A stretch of DNA of 64,000 nucleotides from the NCBI GenBank assembly GCA_963727455.1, contig CAVSGG010000005.1:66081-130080 (forward strand), given 5' to 3'. Origin of the DNA: Candidatus Krumholzibacteriota bacterium (GTDB lineage: Bacteria; Krumholzibacteriota; Krumholzibacteriia; JAJRXK01). Positions 38,395-47,356 of the stretch are shown here, piece after piece (within the stretch, counting starts at the first letter, position 1; each line of letters begins with the position of its first letter). The notes under the pieces were generated by a model that did no database searches, was not told the DNA's origin, and saw nothing but the letters and a program-made list of their open reading frames with translations. The position numbers and the translations under genes are program-made.

Positions 38395-39549
38395 ATGCAA
38401 GCTGAGAGACTCCGCTTTCTCGTCATGCTCCTTCTTCTACTTTCCTCGAGTTCTGCCCTGGCTAACACCCTCACCGTGAGTAAGTGGGGAACCCCAGACT
38501 ACCAGGTATTGCAGGAGGCGCTCGACGCCGCGGCACCTGGCGATACGATTCTGATCCAGGGTGGTACGTTCGCGGAGACCACGACACGCTACTGGGATAG
38601 CAGGAACCGGGAAGCAGTAGGATGGATCGATAAACCGCTCACGGTCATAGGCAGTGAGCAGGCCTGGCTGGATGGGCCGGATGGTACTGAGAACTATTGT
38701 CTCTTCACAAACCATGACTGTTCATTTCAAGGAATTCAGATCAAGGACGGTGGAGGATACGGCATTCTGATTTGGGCGGGCACGTCTAAAGTTCGGGATT
38801 GCAAACTTCAGGACCTCGGGGATGGAGTTTTCTGTGGAAATCCAGGGGCGCACGTGTCGGTTTCAGACAGTGAGTTCTATCGATGCTACTATTCGTGTAT
38901 TGGCGTGACGATCAGCGCTATCGCCGAGGCGGATAGTTGCTACTTCGAGGCCAGGACGGGTCCTGGTGCTGTAAGCAAGGCGTGCTATGTCTCATGGGAT
39001 GGTAGCATCACTCTGTCCAACTCGGAGTTCATCCGCTATGGGATGGTGGAGATCTATGGCCCGGGAATCGCCAATGTTACCGGGTGCACGGCACGCGACT
39101 TAAGAGTCTCCGCCCTTCTCGCTTGGAATGGAGGGGTGATCCATGCTTCCCAGTGTTCGTGTGCAGGCGGTGATTCACTTCCTGGGCCCAACGGAATGGA
39201 GGTTTCCAGCGGTGGTCGGATCATCGCTGATAGCTGTAGGTTCGATGATATGACGTATGGAGCGGTGGGAAGCACTTCCGGATTTGTTGAGCTCCATGAC
39301 TCTGAGATCACGAATTCGCGTCTGTACGCCGTGCTCTTGGATTCGTATACGTATGGGCCGAAAGTAACTCTCGATTTTACAGGCAACTGGTGGGGGACCA
39401 CCGACTCCACCGCTATCGCAGCAAGTATCTATGATGGCCACGATGACCCTGTCAAAGACCCATTGGGTTTTGTTGAGTTCTGGCCGATACGGGATGTTCC
39501 CTTGCCGGCTCAGGAAGGCTCCTTCGGGAGACTGAAAGCACAGTACTGA
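38395..39549 (+). CDS. secreted right-handed parallel beta-helix repeat protein ending in SFGRLKAQY
   Basis: Signal peptide FLVMLLLLLSSSSALA. Beta-helix N-cap pattern PDYQVLQEALDAAAPGDTILIQGGTFAE. The tail motif is at 39520-39546. Confidence 0.7.
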   Translation: MQAERLRFLVMLLLLLSSSSALANTLTVSKWGTPDYQVLQEALDAAAPGDTILIQGGTFAETTTRYWDSRNREAVGWIDKPLTVIGSEQAWLDGPDGTENYCLFTNHDCSFQGIQIKDGGGYGILIWAGTSKVRDCKLQDLGDGVFCGNPGAHVSVSDSEFYRCYYSCIGVTISAIAEADSCYFEARTGPGAVSKACYVSWDGSITLSNSEFIRYGMVEIYGPGIANVTGCTARDLRVSALLAWNGGVIHASQCSCAGGDSLPGPNGMEVSSGGRIIADSCRFDDMTYGAVGSTSGFVELHDSEITNSRLYAVLLDSYTYGPKVTLDFTGNWWGTTDSTAIAASIYDGHDDPVKDPLGFVEFWPIRDVPLPAQEGSFGRLKAQY

Positions 39550-39560
39550 GGAGGTTTATC

Positions 39561-41459
39561 ATGAAGAGAAGTGGAGAGGCACTCGTGCTACCTCTCGCCA
39601 TATTCTTCCTTTTTGCATTCATCGAGAACTGTTACGCCACTGCCCGTTTCGCTGACAAGACATCCGAGATCAACATCACCTTGGCTGGCGGAACGGTGAG
39701 CGGGATCGCCACCTTCGATTACGATGGCGATGGATACCTGGAGCTTCAGGTGTCCTACGATAGTTCTCATGGACAGTTCTTCGAAGGCAACACCACGTAC
39801 AACGGATTTCCGCAATGGACTAACGCGACGGTCGCCGCTTACCCCCAGAGCTCTTGGCCTCCAGCCCACTCCGCAACCCCTCTTCCCGCCGACTATGACA
39901 ACGATGGAGATATGGACCTGTACGTCGGTTCAGCCTACAGCTACCAGCGATTGTATCGAAATAACGGAGACGGCACGTTTACCGAGGTCGGAGCGTCCGT
40001 CGGAATCCAGGATCCTGGGATTTACGCAGGAAATGTGGCAGCGTGGGGAGACTACGACGGTGATGGCTGGAATGATCTAGTCATCGATGGGTACGGCGAC
40101 ATGCGTCTCTTCCACAACGAGGGTGCTTCGGGGACAGTGACCCTCACCCGAACCACCAATGTCCTTCAAGGCACCAGGCATGTGGCAATACCCGGAGATT
40201 TTGTTTGGATCGATCTCGATCATGACGGTGATTTGGATCTCTTCGAGCTCCTTGCCGACTATGCCTTGCCCGCGACCTCCGACGTCTATATCAACAGCGG
40301 AGGTTCTTCACCAACACTAACGACTTCCACGGAATCGAAGTGGGACGAGTTGAGGAGTCTATTCGCAAACGCAGTGAGTGTAGCCCAGGTCACGGACAAC
40401 CGGTCAAGTGGTTATGCCGATTTCTTTAGCTCTGCCTGGTTTGGAGGTATTATCGTCCGGACGAACGCTTCAGGTTCATATTTTGGAGGCCAGGTACCAG
40501 GCGGTGGGGGTGACACCTTCATCCTAGACTACGATCTCGACGGAGCCTTGGATCTCTATCTGTACGGCGATGGTAGTCACGAAGCCGTGCTGATGCGAAA
40601 TGTGGGAGGCGCGAGTTTCACCGATGTGAGCAGCAACGCGCAGCTCAATGCTCTGGGTATTACGCGTGGTGTCGCGGCGGATTTTGATGGTGACGGCGAC
40701 TTGGACCTATTCCAAGGTGATCCCGTGGGGAATACTCGGCTTTTCATGGAGAGCTTCGACACGAGTGTTTGTACCAACTGTGCCCCCGGTGCTGACAATC
40801 CGTACAACCATTTCTTGGAGGTGCGCCTCGAAGGGCACCCGGTGGGACAATACCATGTCGACAGGACCACGAATACTGATCTGATTGGCACCTACTTGGA
40901 GGACCAGGAGACAGGAAAAGGCCAGTGGGTACAAGGTCATAGAAGTACCAGCACCGGGCCATCGGTTCCGATCGTCTTTGGAGCGGGTCAGGCGAGTGAA
41001 TTCTCTTTGACGGTCAAGTGGCCCAATGGCGTGTCCACGGACTTCGAGAACCTGGATGTCAATCAGATCGTCACCATCGAGGATCAAAGCGTTCCCTACG
41101 TCGAGTCGAGTACGGTGTCTGGAGTCAAGGTCTACGACCAAGATACCATCAATCTCGTCTTCGAATGGGACACGGTGGGGCCCTCCAGCGAGGACGAAAT
41201 CGAGATCTCGGTGGCATCGGGCTCACCCGGTCAGAACTGCGGTGTCTATGCTACCACGATCAGTTCGCAGGATCTGGACGTAACGCACACCGTCACACAG
41301 ACTGATCTCAATACCTACCATCACACTCTGACCTGGGAAGATCAGGTGTGCTACCAAATCTGTAAGCTCCAGTACGTGGTGCATTCGAAGAACACCGTAG
41401 CGGAATCCTGGAGCGACACGAAGCTCATTACCGTCAAGAACTGCATAAGAGGTCTCTGA
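39561..41459 (+). CDS. FG-GAP/VCBS repeat protein with ASPIC/UnbV-like C-terminal region (CRTAC1-like)
   Basis: Repeated DxDxDG loops: FDYDGDGYLE, DYDNDGDMDLYVG, WGDYDGDGWNDL, LDHDGDLDLF, YDLDGALDLYLY and DFDGDGDLDLF. These are followed by NHFLEVRLEG...VKWPNGVSTDFENLDVNQIVTIED. Confidence 0.75.
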   Translation: MKRSGEALVLPLAIFFLFAFIENCYATARFADKTSEINITLAGGTVSGIATFDYDGDGYLELQVSYDSSHGQFFEGNTTYNGFPQWTNATVAAYPQSSWPPAHSATPLPADYDNDGDMDLYVGSAYSYQRLYRNNGDGTFTEVGASVGIQDPGIYAGNVAAWGDYDGDGWNDLVIDGYGDMRLFHNEGASGTVTLTRTTNVLQGTRHVAIPGDFVWIDLDHDGDLDLFELLADYALPATSDVYINSGGSSPTLTTSTESKWDELRSLFANAVSVAQVTDNRSSGYADFFSSAWFGGIIVRTNASGSYFGGQVPGGGGDTFILDYDLDGALDLYLYGDGSHEAVLMRNVGGASFTDVSSNAQLNALGITRGVAADFDGDGDLDLFQGDPVGNTRLFMESFDTSVCTNCAPGADNPYNHFLEVRLEGHPVGQYHVDRTTNTDLIGTYLEDQETGKGQWVQGHRSTSTGPSVPIVFGAGQASEFSLTVKWPNGVSTDFENLDVNQIVTIEDQSVPYVESSTVSGVKVYDQDTINLVFEWDTVGPSSEDEIEISVASGSPGQNCGVYATTISSQDLDVTHTVTQTDLNTYHHTLTWEDQVCYQICKLQYVVHSKNTVAESWSDTKLITVKNCIRGL

Positions 41460-41460
41460 G

Positions 41461-42330
41461 ATGCTAAGAAAACTCTCATTTCTGTTGATTATTTCTGTCA
41501 TCACCTCCGCAGTCTTCATTCCTGCATCGGACGCCGTCGATGGCGTTCTCAGCTACGACTCGTCTGCGGAGAGTCCGCTGTACCTACGAGCCTTCGATTT
41601 GCCCGCTGGGGCAGGGGTCAGCGGAGCCACTCTCTACATAAATGACAGCATGGCGCCGCCAGTTGCGGCCTACCTGCTGCCTTCAGACTTGTCAGGGTTA
41701 CCTGACTGGGAGCGAGCCAGCAAATCGAGCATCAGTCCCATGGTGTCGGATGGTGATCTGCTTTCAGTCGACCTGAGCATGACCGCAGCGGAGAACCGAA
41801 GAAGAGTCTGGTTGGCCGTTCAATTCAACCATGGCGATGATTCTCCGGCTGAGGGCCGCGGAGGTGGCCCTGCGATGGGGTACTATGCAAGGCCTTGCCA
41901 TGTGGGAGATCAGCTCATTTCGGCCGATGGGGGCAAGAGCTACGACTATCTCAGCTCGAAACTGAGTCTTGCCATGGATATCACGGTCGATTCCTCCAGC
42001 AGCGCTCAAGTCGGTTCTCTCGCGTCGATGCGAGCCAGCACGGAAACATCTCGTCAGCCGGTTGGGTTGCATGCCGCACCTAATCCCTTCAATCCAAGAA
42101 CTGAGGTGTTCTTTGATCTTCCCGCCGCCGGTAGGGTCAGCCTCATCCTCTACGATTCAAGGGGTCGAAGAGTGAGGACTCTGATCCACGGCGACCGCTC
42201 CGCCGGTACCCAACGCGTGAGCTGGGATGGGCGCGACGAGAATGGTCAGAGAGTCGCTTCAGGAACGTTCTTTGCGCGTCTCGTGGCGTCTGGCATCACT
42301 CAGAGTACGCGACTCGTTTTGATCCAATAG
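41461..42330 (+). CDS. secreted hypothetical protein with FlgD-Ig/T9SS-like C-terminal domain
   Basis: AT-rich signal peptide LSFLLIISVITSAVFIPASDA. C-terminal domain LHAAPNPFNPRTEVFFDLPAAGRVSLILYDSRGRRVRTL...GTFFARLVASGITQSTRLVLIQ. The start lies 1 nt after the previous stop. Confidence 0.7.
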   Translation: MLRKLSFLLIISVITSAVFIPASDAVDGVLSYDSSAESPLYLRAFDLPAGAGVSGATLYINDSMAPPVAAYLLPSDLSGLPDWERASKSSISPMVSDGDLLSVDLSMTAAENRRRVWLAVQFNHGDDSPAEGRGGGPAMGYYARPCHVGDQLISADGGKSYDYLSSKLSLAMDITVDSSSSAQVGSLASMRASTETSRQPVGLHAAPNPFNPRTEVFFDLPAAGRVSLILYDSRGRRVRTLIHGDRSAGTQRVSWDGRDENGQRVASGTFFARLVASGITQSTRLVLIQ

Positions 42331-42406
42331 GAACGGTCAGAGGTTTCAGCGGCCCAGAAAGTGCGGCCGGCTCCGATTGGGGTCGGCCGCCCCCTTGATC
42401 GGCAGC

Positions 42407-43243
42407 TCACCTTCCCGCAGGGTCTAATTGTCCGTAGAGCCGTATGGCTTCGTTGAGGAGCTGCACGGTGCTCGTGAAGCGCTGCTTGCCCAACGCTTCC
42501 AGCACGTCCCGGGTTCTTTGGATGTACCAGTCCCGGCGGTTCTCAAAATCGAAAAGACGGTTCTTTCTGGCCCATATCGTGGTGGCGTTCTCGGGCTTGT
42601 CGCCGAAACCATTCGCCACCGCGTTGCGGAGCGCAGTCTCGTACTGTGCTTTGCTTCCCGTGGGGTCCTGGCCTCGGGCCACCGTGAGCAGGTAGTTGGA
42701 TTCGGTGATGGCCGCCTCGGCGGCGCTGATCTCTTTGTGGTCGGTGGGGGAAAGCGTTCCGTCCTGCTTCATGTATTTCCGGGCCTGCTCGAGGGCCTGC
42801 ATCGTCAGGTTGATGAGAATCTCGAAGCGTTCCTGATAGGTGGAATTCAGGGCGAGTAGTCCGTAGCCTACCGTCCCCACCGGAGTTCGGGCGATGTCCA
42901 GCGCATTCGGGGCAGCAAATCTGTAAAGAGCCTGCTCGCACTTCAGGAGTTCGGACTGGTAGTTGTTTGCGTTGATCTCGGAAATTCTGTTGAAGAACTC
43001 GTATTGCAGTCGGTCGGTTACGCTGAAGACGAGTTGGTCTTCCGTGCTCCTGTCCACGCGCATGCCCGGTACGATGCCCTGCGTGGCGAGAGTATCCGCA
43101 ATGGCGGATTCGTCCTGACCATTGCCCTCCAGGCTGTACCGGTAGCCCTGACTCGAGCTGCAGGAAGCGATGACGGCGATGATCAAGAGTGGTGCCACAA
43201 GCGTGGCAATGCGCTTCTTGGGATAAGAGCGAGCAAGACTCAT
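42407..43243 (-). CDS. hypothetical lipoprotein
   Basis: LVAPLLIIAVIASCSSS contains a lipobox. The rest is helical and Lys/Glu/Gln-rich. I recognise no family. Confidence 0.55.
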   Translation of the reverse strand: MSLARSYPKKRIATLVAPLLIIAVIASCSSSQGYRYSLEGNGQDESAIADTLATQGIVPGMRVDRSTEDQLVFSVTDRLQYEFFNRISEINANNYQSELLKCEQALYRFAAPNALDIARTPVGTVGYGLLALNSTYQERFEILINLTMQALEQARKYMKQDGTLSPTDHKEISAAEAAITESNYLLTVARGQDPTGSKAQYETALRNAVANGFGDKPENATTIWARKNRLFDFENRRDWYIQRTRDVLEALGKQRFTSTVQLLNEAIRLYGQLDPAGR

Positions 43244-43252
43244 ATCAATCGC

Positions 43253-44641
43253 TCACTTCCATACCTTCCCAAAGAAATTTTGGATCTCCGGCACCCCGCC
43301 CTGGAACACGAGGTAGCCGTCGTGCGGTTCGCGTTCGGTCATTTCGCCGGCCAGGGGCGTCTTCATGAGTTCTTTGACTTTCTCCGGGTCGTTGGGGTGC
43401 ATCCCCAAAGCCCAGCCCAGCTTGATGTAGGCGACCTCGGGCAGCATGTTTGCCAGGGGCACCACGCCCAACTCCAGAATCTCGCGACCCGTCTCGTAGA
43501 CGTGCATCTGCACGAAGCCCCACAGGGTCTGCAAGGTCATGAACACGCACACTCCCGCCTCGCGAGCTTTGCGCAGTGCGGGATAGACTCCCCGGTTGAC
43601 GTGCCCCAGGCCGGTTCCGGCGATCACGATTCCCTTGTAACCACAATCGATGAGCGATTCCAGAATATCGGGCTGCATGTTGGGATAGTAATAGACCAGG
43701 CTGACTTTCTCCTGGAAGGTCGCGTGCACTTCCGCCTCGCCGTTCTCGCGGCGATGTTGGTAGTCCTCCTTGAGCGGCGTGATGAGCCCGTCTTCCACCA
43801 TGGCCAGGGGAATGTCTCCGATGGTGCGGAAGGTGCTGCGATAGCTGCTGTGCATCTTGCGCACCCGCGTGCCGCGGTGCAGAAGATTGTAGCGGTCGCT
43901 GGTGGGCCCGAACATGCAGACCATCACCTCGGCGATGTCGCCGGTGGCTGCGGCCCAAGTTGCATTGATGAGATTCTGCGCCGCATCGGAGGAAGGTCGA
44001 TCGCTCGAGCGCTGGCTGCCCACCATGACGATGGGCACTGGCGGCGACTGCACCATGAACGACAGCGCCGCCGCGGTATGGTGCATGGTGTCGGTACCGT
44101 GGCCGATCACTACGCCCGCATATCCGTCTCGGATCGCCTCGCCGGTGCGCTCCGCCAGCACAAGATACTGCTCGGGACCCATGTTCTCGCTGAACACGCC
44201 AAAAAGTTTCTCGGTCTCCAGATTGCAGATGTCCGCCAGCTCGGGAACCGATCCATAGAGTTCCCCGGGCGAGAAAGCGGGGATGACGGCGCCGGTGCGG
44301 TAGTCCAGGCGGGAGGCGATGGTTCCCCCGGTACCGAAGAGTTTCACGCGCGGCTTGTTCTCACTGACGGGAAATTCCTTTTCGGGAATTTGATAGTGCG
44401 CTTCACGGTACCCAATCTGCTCTAGCTTCTCGATGGTGTCGTGCCGCAGTCCGATGTTGTAGCCGGTATTGAGCTTCAGCACGATGTGCTCGGCGTCGGC
44501 AGTTTCGCTGCGGGGCAGAAGCAGGCCCTCGAAGCTACCGGTTTTCGTGGTGGCGCGCACCTCGCACCACACGCCCACTCCGAACTTCTTCATGAGCCCC
44601 TTGCAGGGATCGCGGTAGCCCTTGAAGCGCTCCTCGTTCAT
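43253..44641 (-). CDS. gatD: Glu-tRNA(Gln) amidotransferase subunit D (archaeal GatDE type)
   Basis: GatD-specific N-terminal domain (FEGLLLPRSETADAEHIVLKLNTGYNIGL) followed by an asparaginase-like core, LFGTGGTIAS and GHGTDTMHHTAAALSF. The ATG overlaps the gatE stop by 4 nt (ATGA). Confidence 0.8.
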   Translation of the reverse strand: MNEERFKGYRDPCKGLMKKFGVGVWCEVRATTKTGSFEGLLLPRSETADAEHIVLKLNTGYNIGLRHDTIEKLEQIGYREAHYQIPEKEFPVSENKPRVKLFGTGGTIASRLDYRTGAVIPAFSPGELYGSVPELADICNLETEKLFGVFSENMGPEQYLVLAERTGEAIRDGYAGVVIGHGTDTMHHTAAALSFMVQSPPVPIVMVGSQRSSDRPSSDAAQNLINATWAAATGDIAEVMVCMFGPTSDRYNLLHRGTRVRKMHSSYRSTFRTIGDIPLAMVEDGLITPLKEDYQHRRENGEAEVHATFQEKVSLVYYYPNMQPDILESLIDCGYKGIVIAGTGLGHVNRGVYPALRKAREAGVCVFMTLQTLWGFVQMHVYETGREILELGVVPLANMLPEVAYIKLGWALGMHPNDPEKVKELMKTPLAGEMTEREPHDGYLVFQGGVPEIQNFFGKVWK

Positions 44642-46701
44642 CGCGATTCTCCCAGCAGTAGGGGGCGCAGGCGCTGCAGCAGGTCTTGGGGATCCAGTTT
44701 CCCCAAATACTTTGGCATGATCTCTCCCATGGCCCAGCGCAGGCGCGCATCGGGATCATCCTCACGCAAGCTAGCGGCTTTTGCCTCGAGCTGCCGCAGA
44801 AGCTCGGTCAGCGGCGGCTCGCTTCCGTTGCCAGATTCAAATGTGTGCAGGATTTCGTCGGCTCCGCGCTGCGGTTCGCACAGCAATCGGTCGAAAGTGG
44901 CCTCCGTCGCCTCGAGCCGCACGCGTCCGGAGCTGAGTGCCTCGACCCAGGGCGTGAGCCTGGATACCGTCGGCAGTTCGTCAATCCCGCCGCTACGGCG
45001 ATGATGGGGGATTCTCTTTTCCAGTGCATAGGCCACGCGTCGCGCGACTTCGCCTTCTCCTGGATGCAGAGCGTCGAAGAGCTCGCACCAGGGCGCGTCG
45101 CTGAGGCGGCGACACAGTGCGAAGGGCAAGCCCAGCTTTGCAAAGCGCGCTTCCTTCTCCCAGGGACGCTCTGTGCTGAGAGCGCTGACGCGCTCGATCA
45201 AGCCATCCCCCAAGGGCACCGGTGGGGTGTCGGTATCGGGATACATACGGTCGGCCCCGGGCAGGATGCGCTCGAAGCCGTTCGTGCCGCCGACGAAGGC
45301 CTGGCGCGTCTCGGCCGGCACCCCGACCAGGCAATCTTGCGCCCGCAAGAAGACCTCCTGTACCGCGGTCTGCAGATCGCGCTTCTTTCCCCACAATACG
45401 AGGATCGCGTCGCCCGACTCCGCGCGCAGCGCAGTGCGCAGTTGCTTCCAGTGCGCGTGTTCGAAGCCGTAGCCCTCGATGTCGCTGTGGATGAGGAAGG
45501 GCCGCGAGGTGAGGCAGGCAATCACGCGCACCCGGTCGGCGAATTCGTTGGCCAGGGTGAGACCGGGTTGAGTGCGACGTCCGAGCAGGCCACCAAATCC
45601 CTGGAGGCGTACCGCGACCGCTTCCTCGTCCCGCTCGAGGCAGTCGCGCAGGGGAGTGAAGTCGCTGGACGAGAGAATTCCGGTCGCGTCCAGCACCTTC
45701 GCTGAATCGTAAACGTCGTCGCTGCTCTCGGACAGGGCGAACATCTCGTGTGTTACCCCGCGCCGCAGGAGTTCGGCCCGTACTCGAAGCAAATTGAGCT
45801 GCCGATAGGCTTCGATGTGTACGAGTTGGGGAAGACCGCGGTGATAGTGCACGCCCTTGATCTCCACGCGCCTTCCGCCGGCCACCGAGACGTTCACGTC
45901 CTGCCGTGCCGCACCCGCCCCCCGGCGTACGCGGCCACTGGCGCGCGTGGTGCGTGCGAGCAAACGAGCGCCCGCCTGCAACTCGAGGGGGGAGTACAGT
46001 TCGGGCTCGGTCACGACTTCGGTCAGGGGCACCCCGAGCCGGTCGGTGCGGAAGGTGACGCGGTGTCCGATGTCGCTGATTTCGCGACAGGAATCCTCTT
46101 CGAGCGAGAGCTGTCGAATGTGCAGCTCACGTTCGATCTCGAGCTGTGGCTCGACGAAGGGAATCGCGCCGCCCAGTCCCACCATCGCCGTGCGTTGAAA
46201 ACCGGTGGGAATGGAACCGTCGAGGTACTGCTTACGCATCACGTGCAATTCGGAGACGAGATTCAAATCGAAGAGCCGGCTCACTTCCAGGGCGATCTCG
46301 ACCGCCTCGAGGTTGATCGGAAAGGGAGGGGTGTCGTCGATTTCGTAGGTGCAGACAGTGCCGCGCTCCAATTGGTAGACGATCTCCTTGCGCGTTTTGA
46401 ATTCCATGAGCGCGCAGCCGTCATACTCTCCTAGTTCACTCAGGGTAGGGCGCATGTGCCGTAACACTTCGGCGTCGAAGTGGTCCACGAACACACCGGA
46501 GGGGCAGCGGCAGAAGAGCTTCTTCTTCGTGTCGAGCTGTTGATGAACCTCGAGGCCGGAGAGGAATCCCAGCTCCCGGTAATCGGCCTCGCTCAACCCG
46601 CCGAAGTCGCGATCGGGGAAATCGAGGACCGCCTCGGCGCGCGGATTGACGTCGCTGGGCGGCTTCAGATTGGGTTGGTTGATGTCGCGCTCTGAGGCCA
46701 A
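44638..46701 (-). CDS. gatE: Glu-tRNA(Gln) amidotransferase subunit E (archaeal GatDE type)
   Basis: GLEVHQQLDTKKKLFCRCPS, MRKQYLDGSIPTGFQRT, RQDVNVSV...VEIKGV and a large AspRS-like insertion ahead of RMYPDTDTPPVPL. The length (687 aa) fits GatE, not GatB. TTG start after an AGGAG. Confidence 0.8.
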   Translation of the reverse strand: MASERDINQPNLKPPSDVNPRAEAVLDFPDRDFGGLSEADYRELGFLSGLEVHQQLDTKKKLFCRCPSGVFVDHFDAEVLRHMRPTLSELGEYDGCALMEFKTRKEIVYQLERGTVCTYEIDDTPPFPINLEAVEIALEVSRLFDLNLVSELHVMRKQYLDGSIPTGFQRTAMVGLGGAIPFVEPQLEIERELHIRQLSLEEDSCREISDIGHRVTFRTDRLGVPLTEVVTEPELYSPLELQAGARLLARTTRASGRVRRGAGAARQDVNVSVAGGRRVEIKGVHYHRGLPQLVHIEAYRQLNLLRVRAELLRRGVTHEMFALSESSDDVYDSAKVLDATGILSSSDFTPLRDCLERDEEAVAVRLQGFGGLLGRRTQPGLTLANEFADRVRVIACLTSRPFLIHSDIEGYGFEHAHWKQLRTALRAESGDAILVLWGKKRDLQTAVQEVFLRAQDCLVGVPAETRQAFVGGTNGFERILPGADRMYPDTDTPPVPLGDGLIERVSALSTERPWEKEARFAKLGLPFALCRRLSDAPWCELFDALHPGEGEVARRVAYALEKRIPHHRRSGGIDELPTVSRLTPWVEALSSGRVRLEATEATFDRLLCEPQRGADEILHTFESGNGSEPPLTELLRQLEAKAASLREDDPDARLRWAMGEIMPKYLGKLDPQDLLQRLRPLLLGESR

Positions 46702-46811
46702 AGCTGAGTGACTCCTGTACAGAGGGGGCTGCCATCCGGCTTACCGGCCAGGCGCTTCAATATAGCAGCTGCCTGGTCGGGTGAAAGCTCTCCCTGCCCT
46801 TGGGCCCGTCT

Positions 46812-47297
46812 CTAGCTGCCGAAGATCCCGTCCAGCTGCAGACAGTGCTCATCGCGGACGAAATCTTGCCGCAGGTGCTTGGTCTGTTCTAGCGGCACCG
46901 GCATGTAGCGGCCGCTCCCGCGGGCGTAGACCGTGCCTGCCTCGTCTTTTATCCACGACTCCGTGTCGAAGACCCGCCGTCGGCCGCTGACCATCCGGGC
47001 CACCGCGACGCAGTGGGTCTTTGGCGGCAGCGGCTTCAGCAAGCGGACGGTGAACTCCGCCGCGAAGCAGGGCTTGTCCGAGCCCAAAATCGCGGCCCAG
47101 GTCATCACCTCGTCCAGCAGGGTCGCGATGATGCCACCGTGGATGACTTGATTCCAGCCGGCGAATCGCTTCTCGGCCACGAAGGGCAGCTCGATCCGCT
47201 CGCCGACTTTGAAACTGCGCGCGCGGAAGCCGTCGGGATTGGCCTCCCCGCACACGTAACAGGAGCGGCTCCAGGGAAGGGGGATTCGTTCGTTCAC
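46812..47297 (-). CDS. PaaI-family hotdog-fold thioesterase
   Basis: CYVCGEANPDGFRARS and VIHGGIIATLLDEVMTWAA. Confidence 0.7.
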   Translation of the reverse strand: MNERIPLPWSRSCYVCGEANPDGFRARSFKVGERIELPFVAEKRFAGWNQVIHGGIIATLLDEVMTWAAILGSDKPCFAAEFTVRLLKPLPPKTHCVAVARMVSGRRRVFDTESWIKDEAGTVYARGSGRYMPVPLEQTKHLRQDFVRDEHCLQLDGIFGS

Positions 47298-47356
47298 GCT
47301 GGCTCTCCTTCGCCAAGAATCGAAGCGTTCACGGTATCAGAGTCCTCATCGCGCTT

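Noticed and set aside
43004-45705. 473-aa and 339-aa plus-strand ORFs.
   Set aside because: They are antisense to gatD and gatE, whose homology signals are strong. Their composition is typical of antisense frames.
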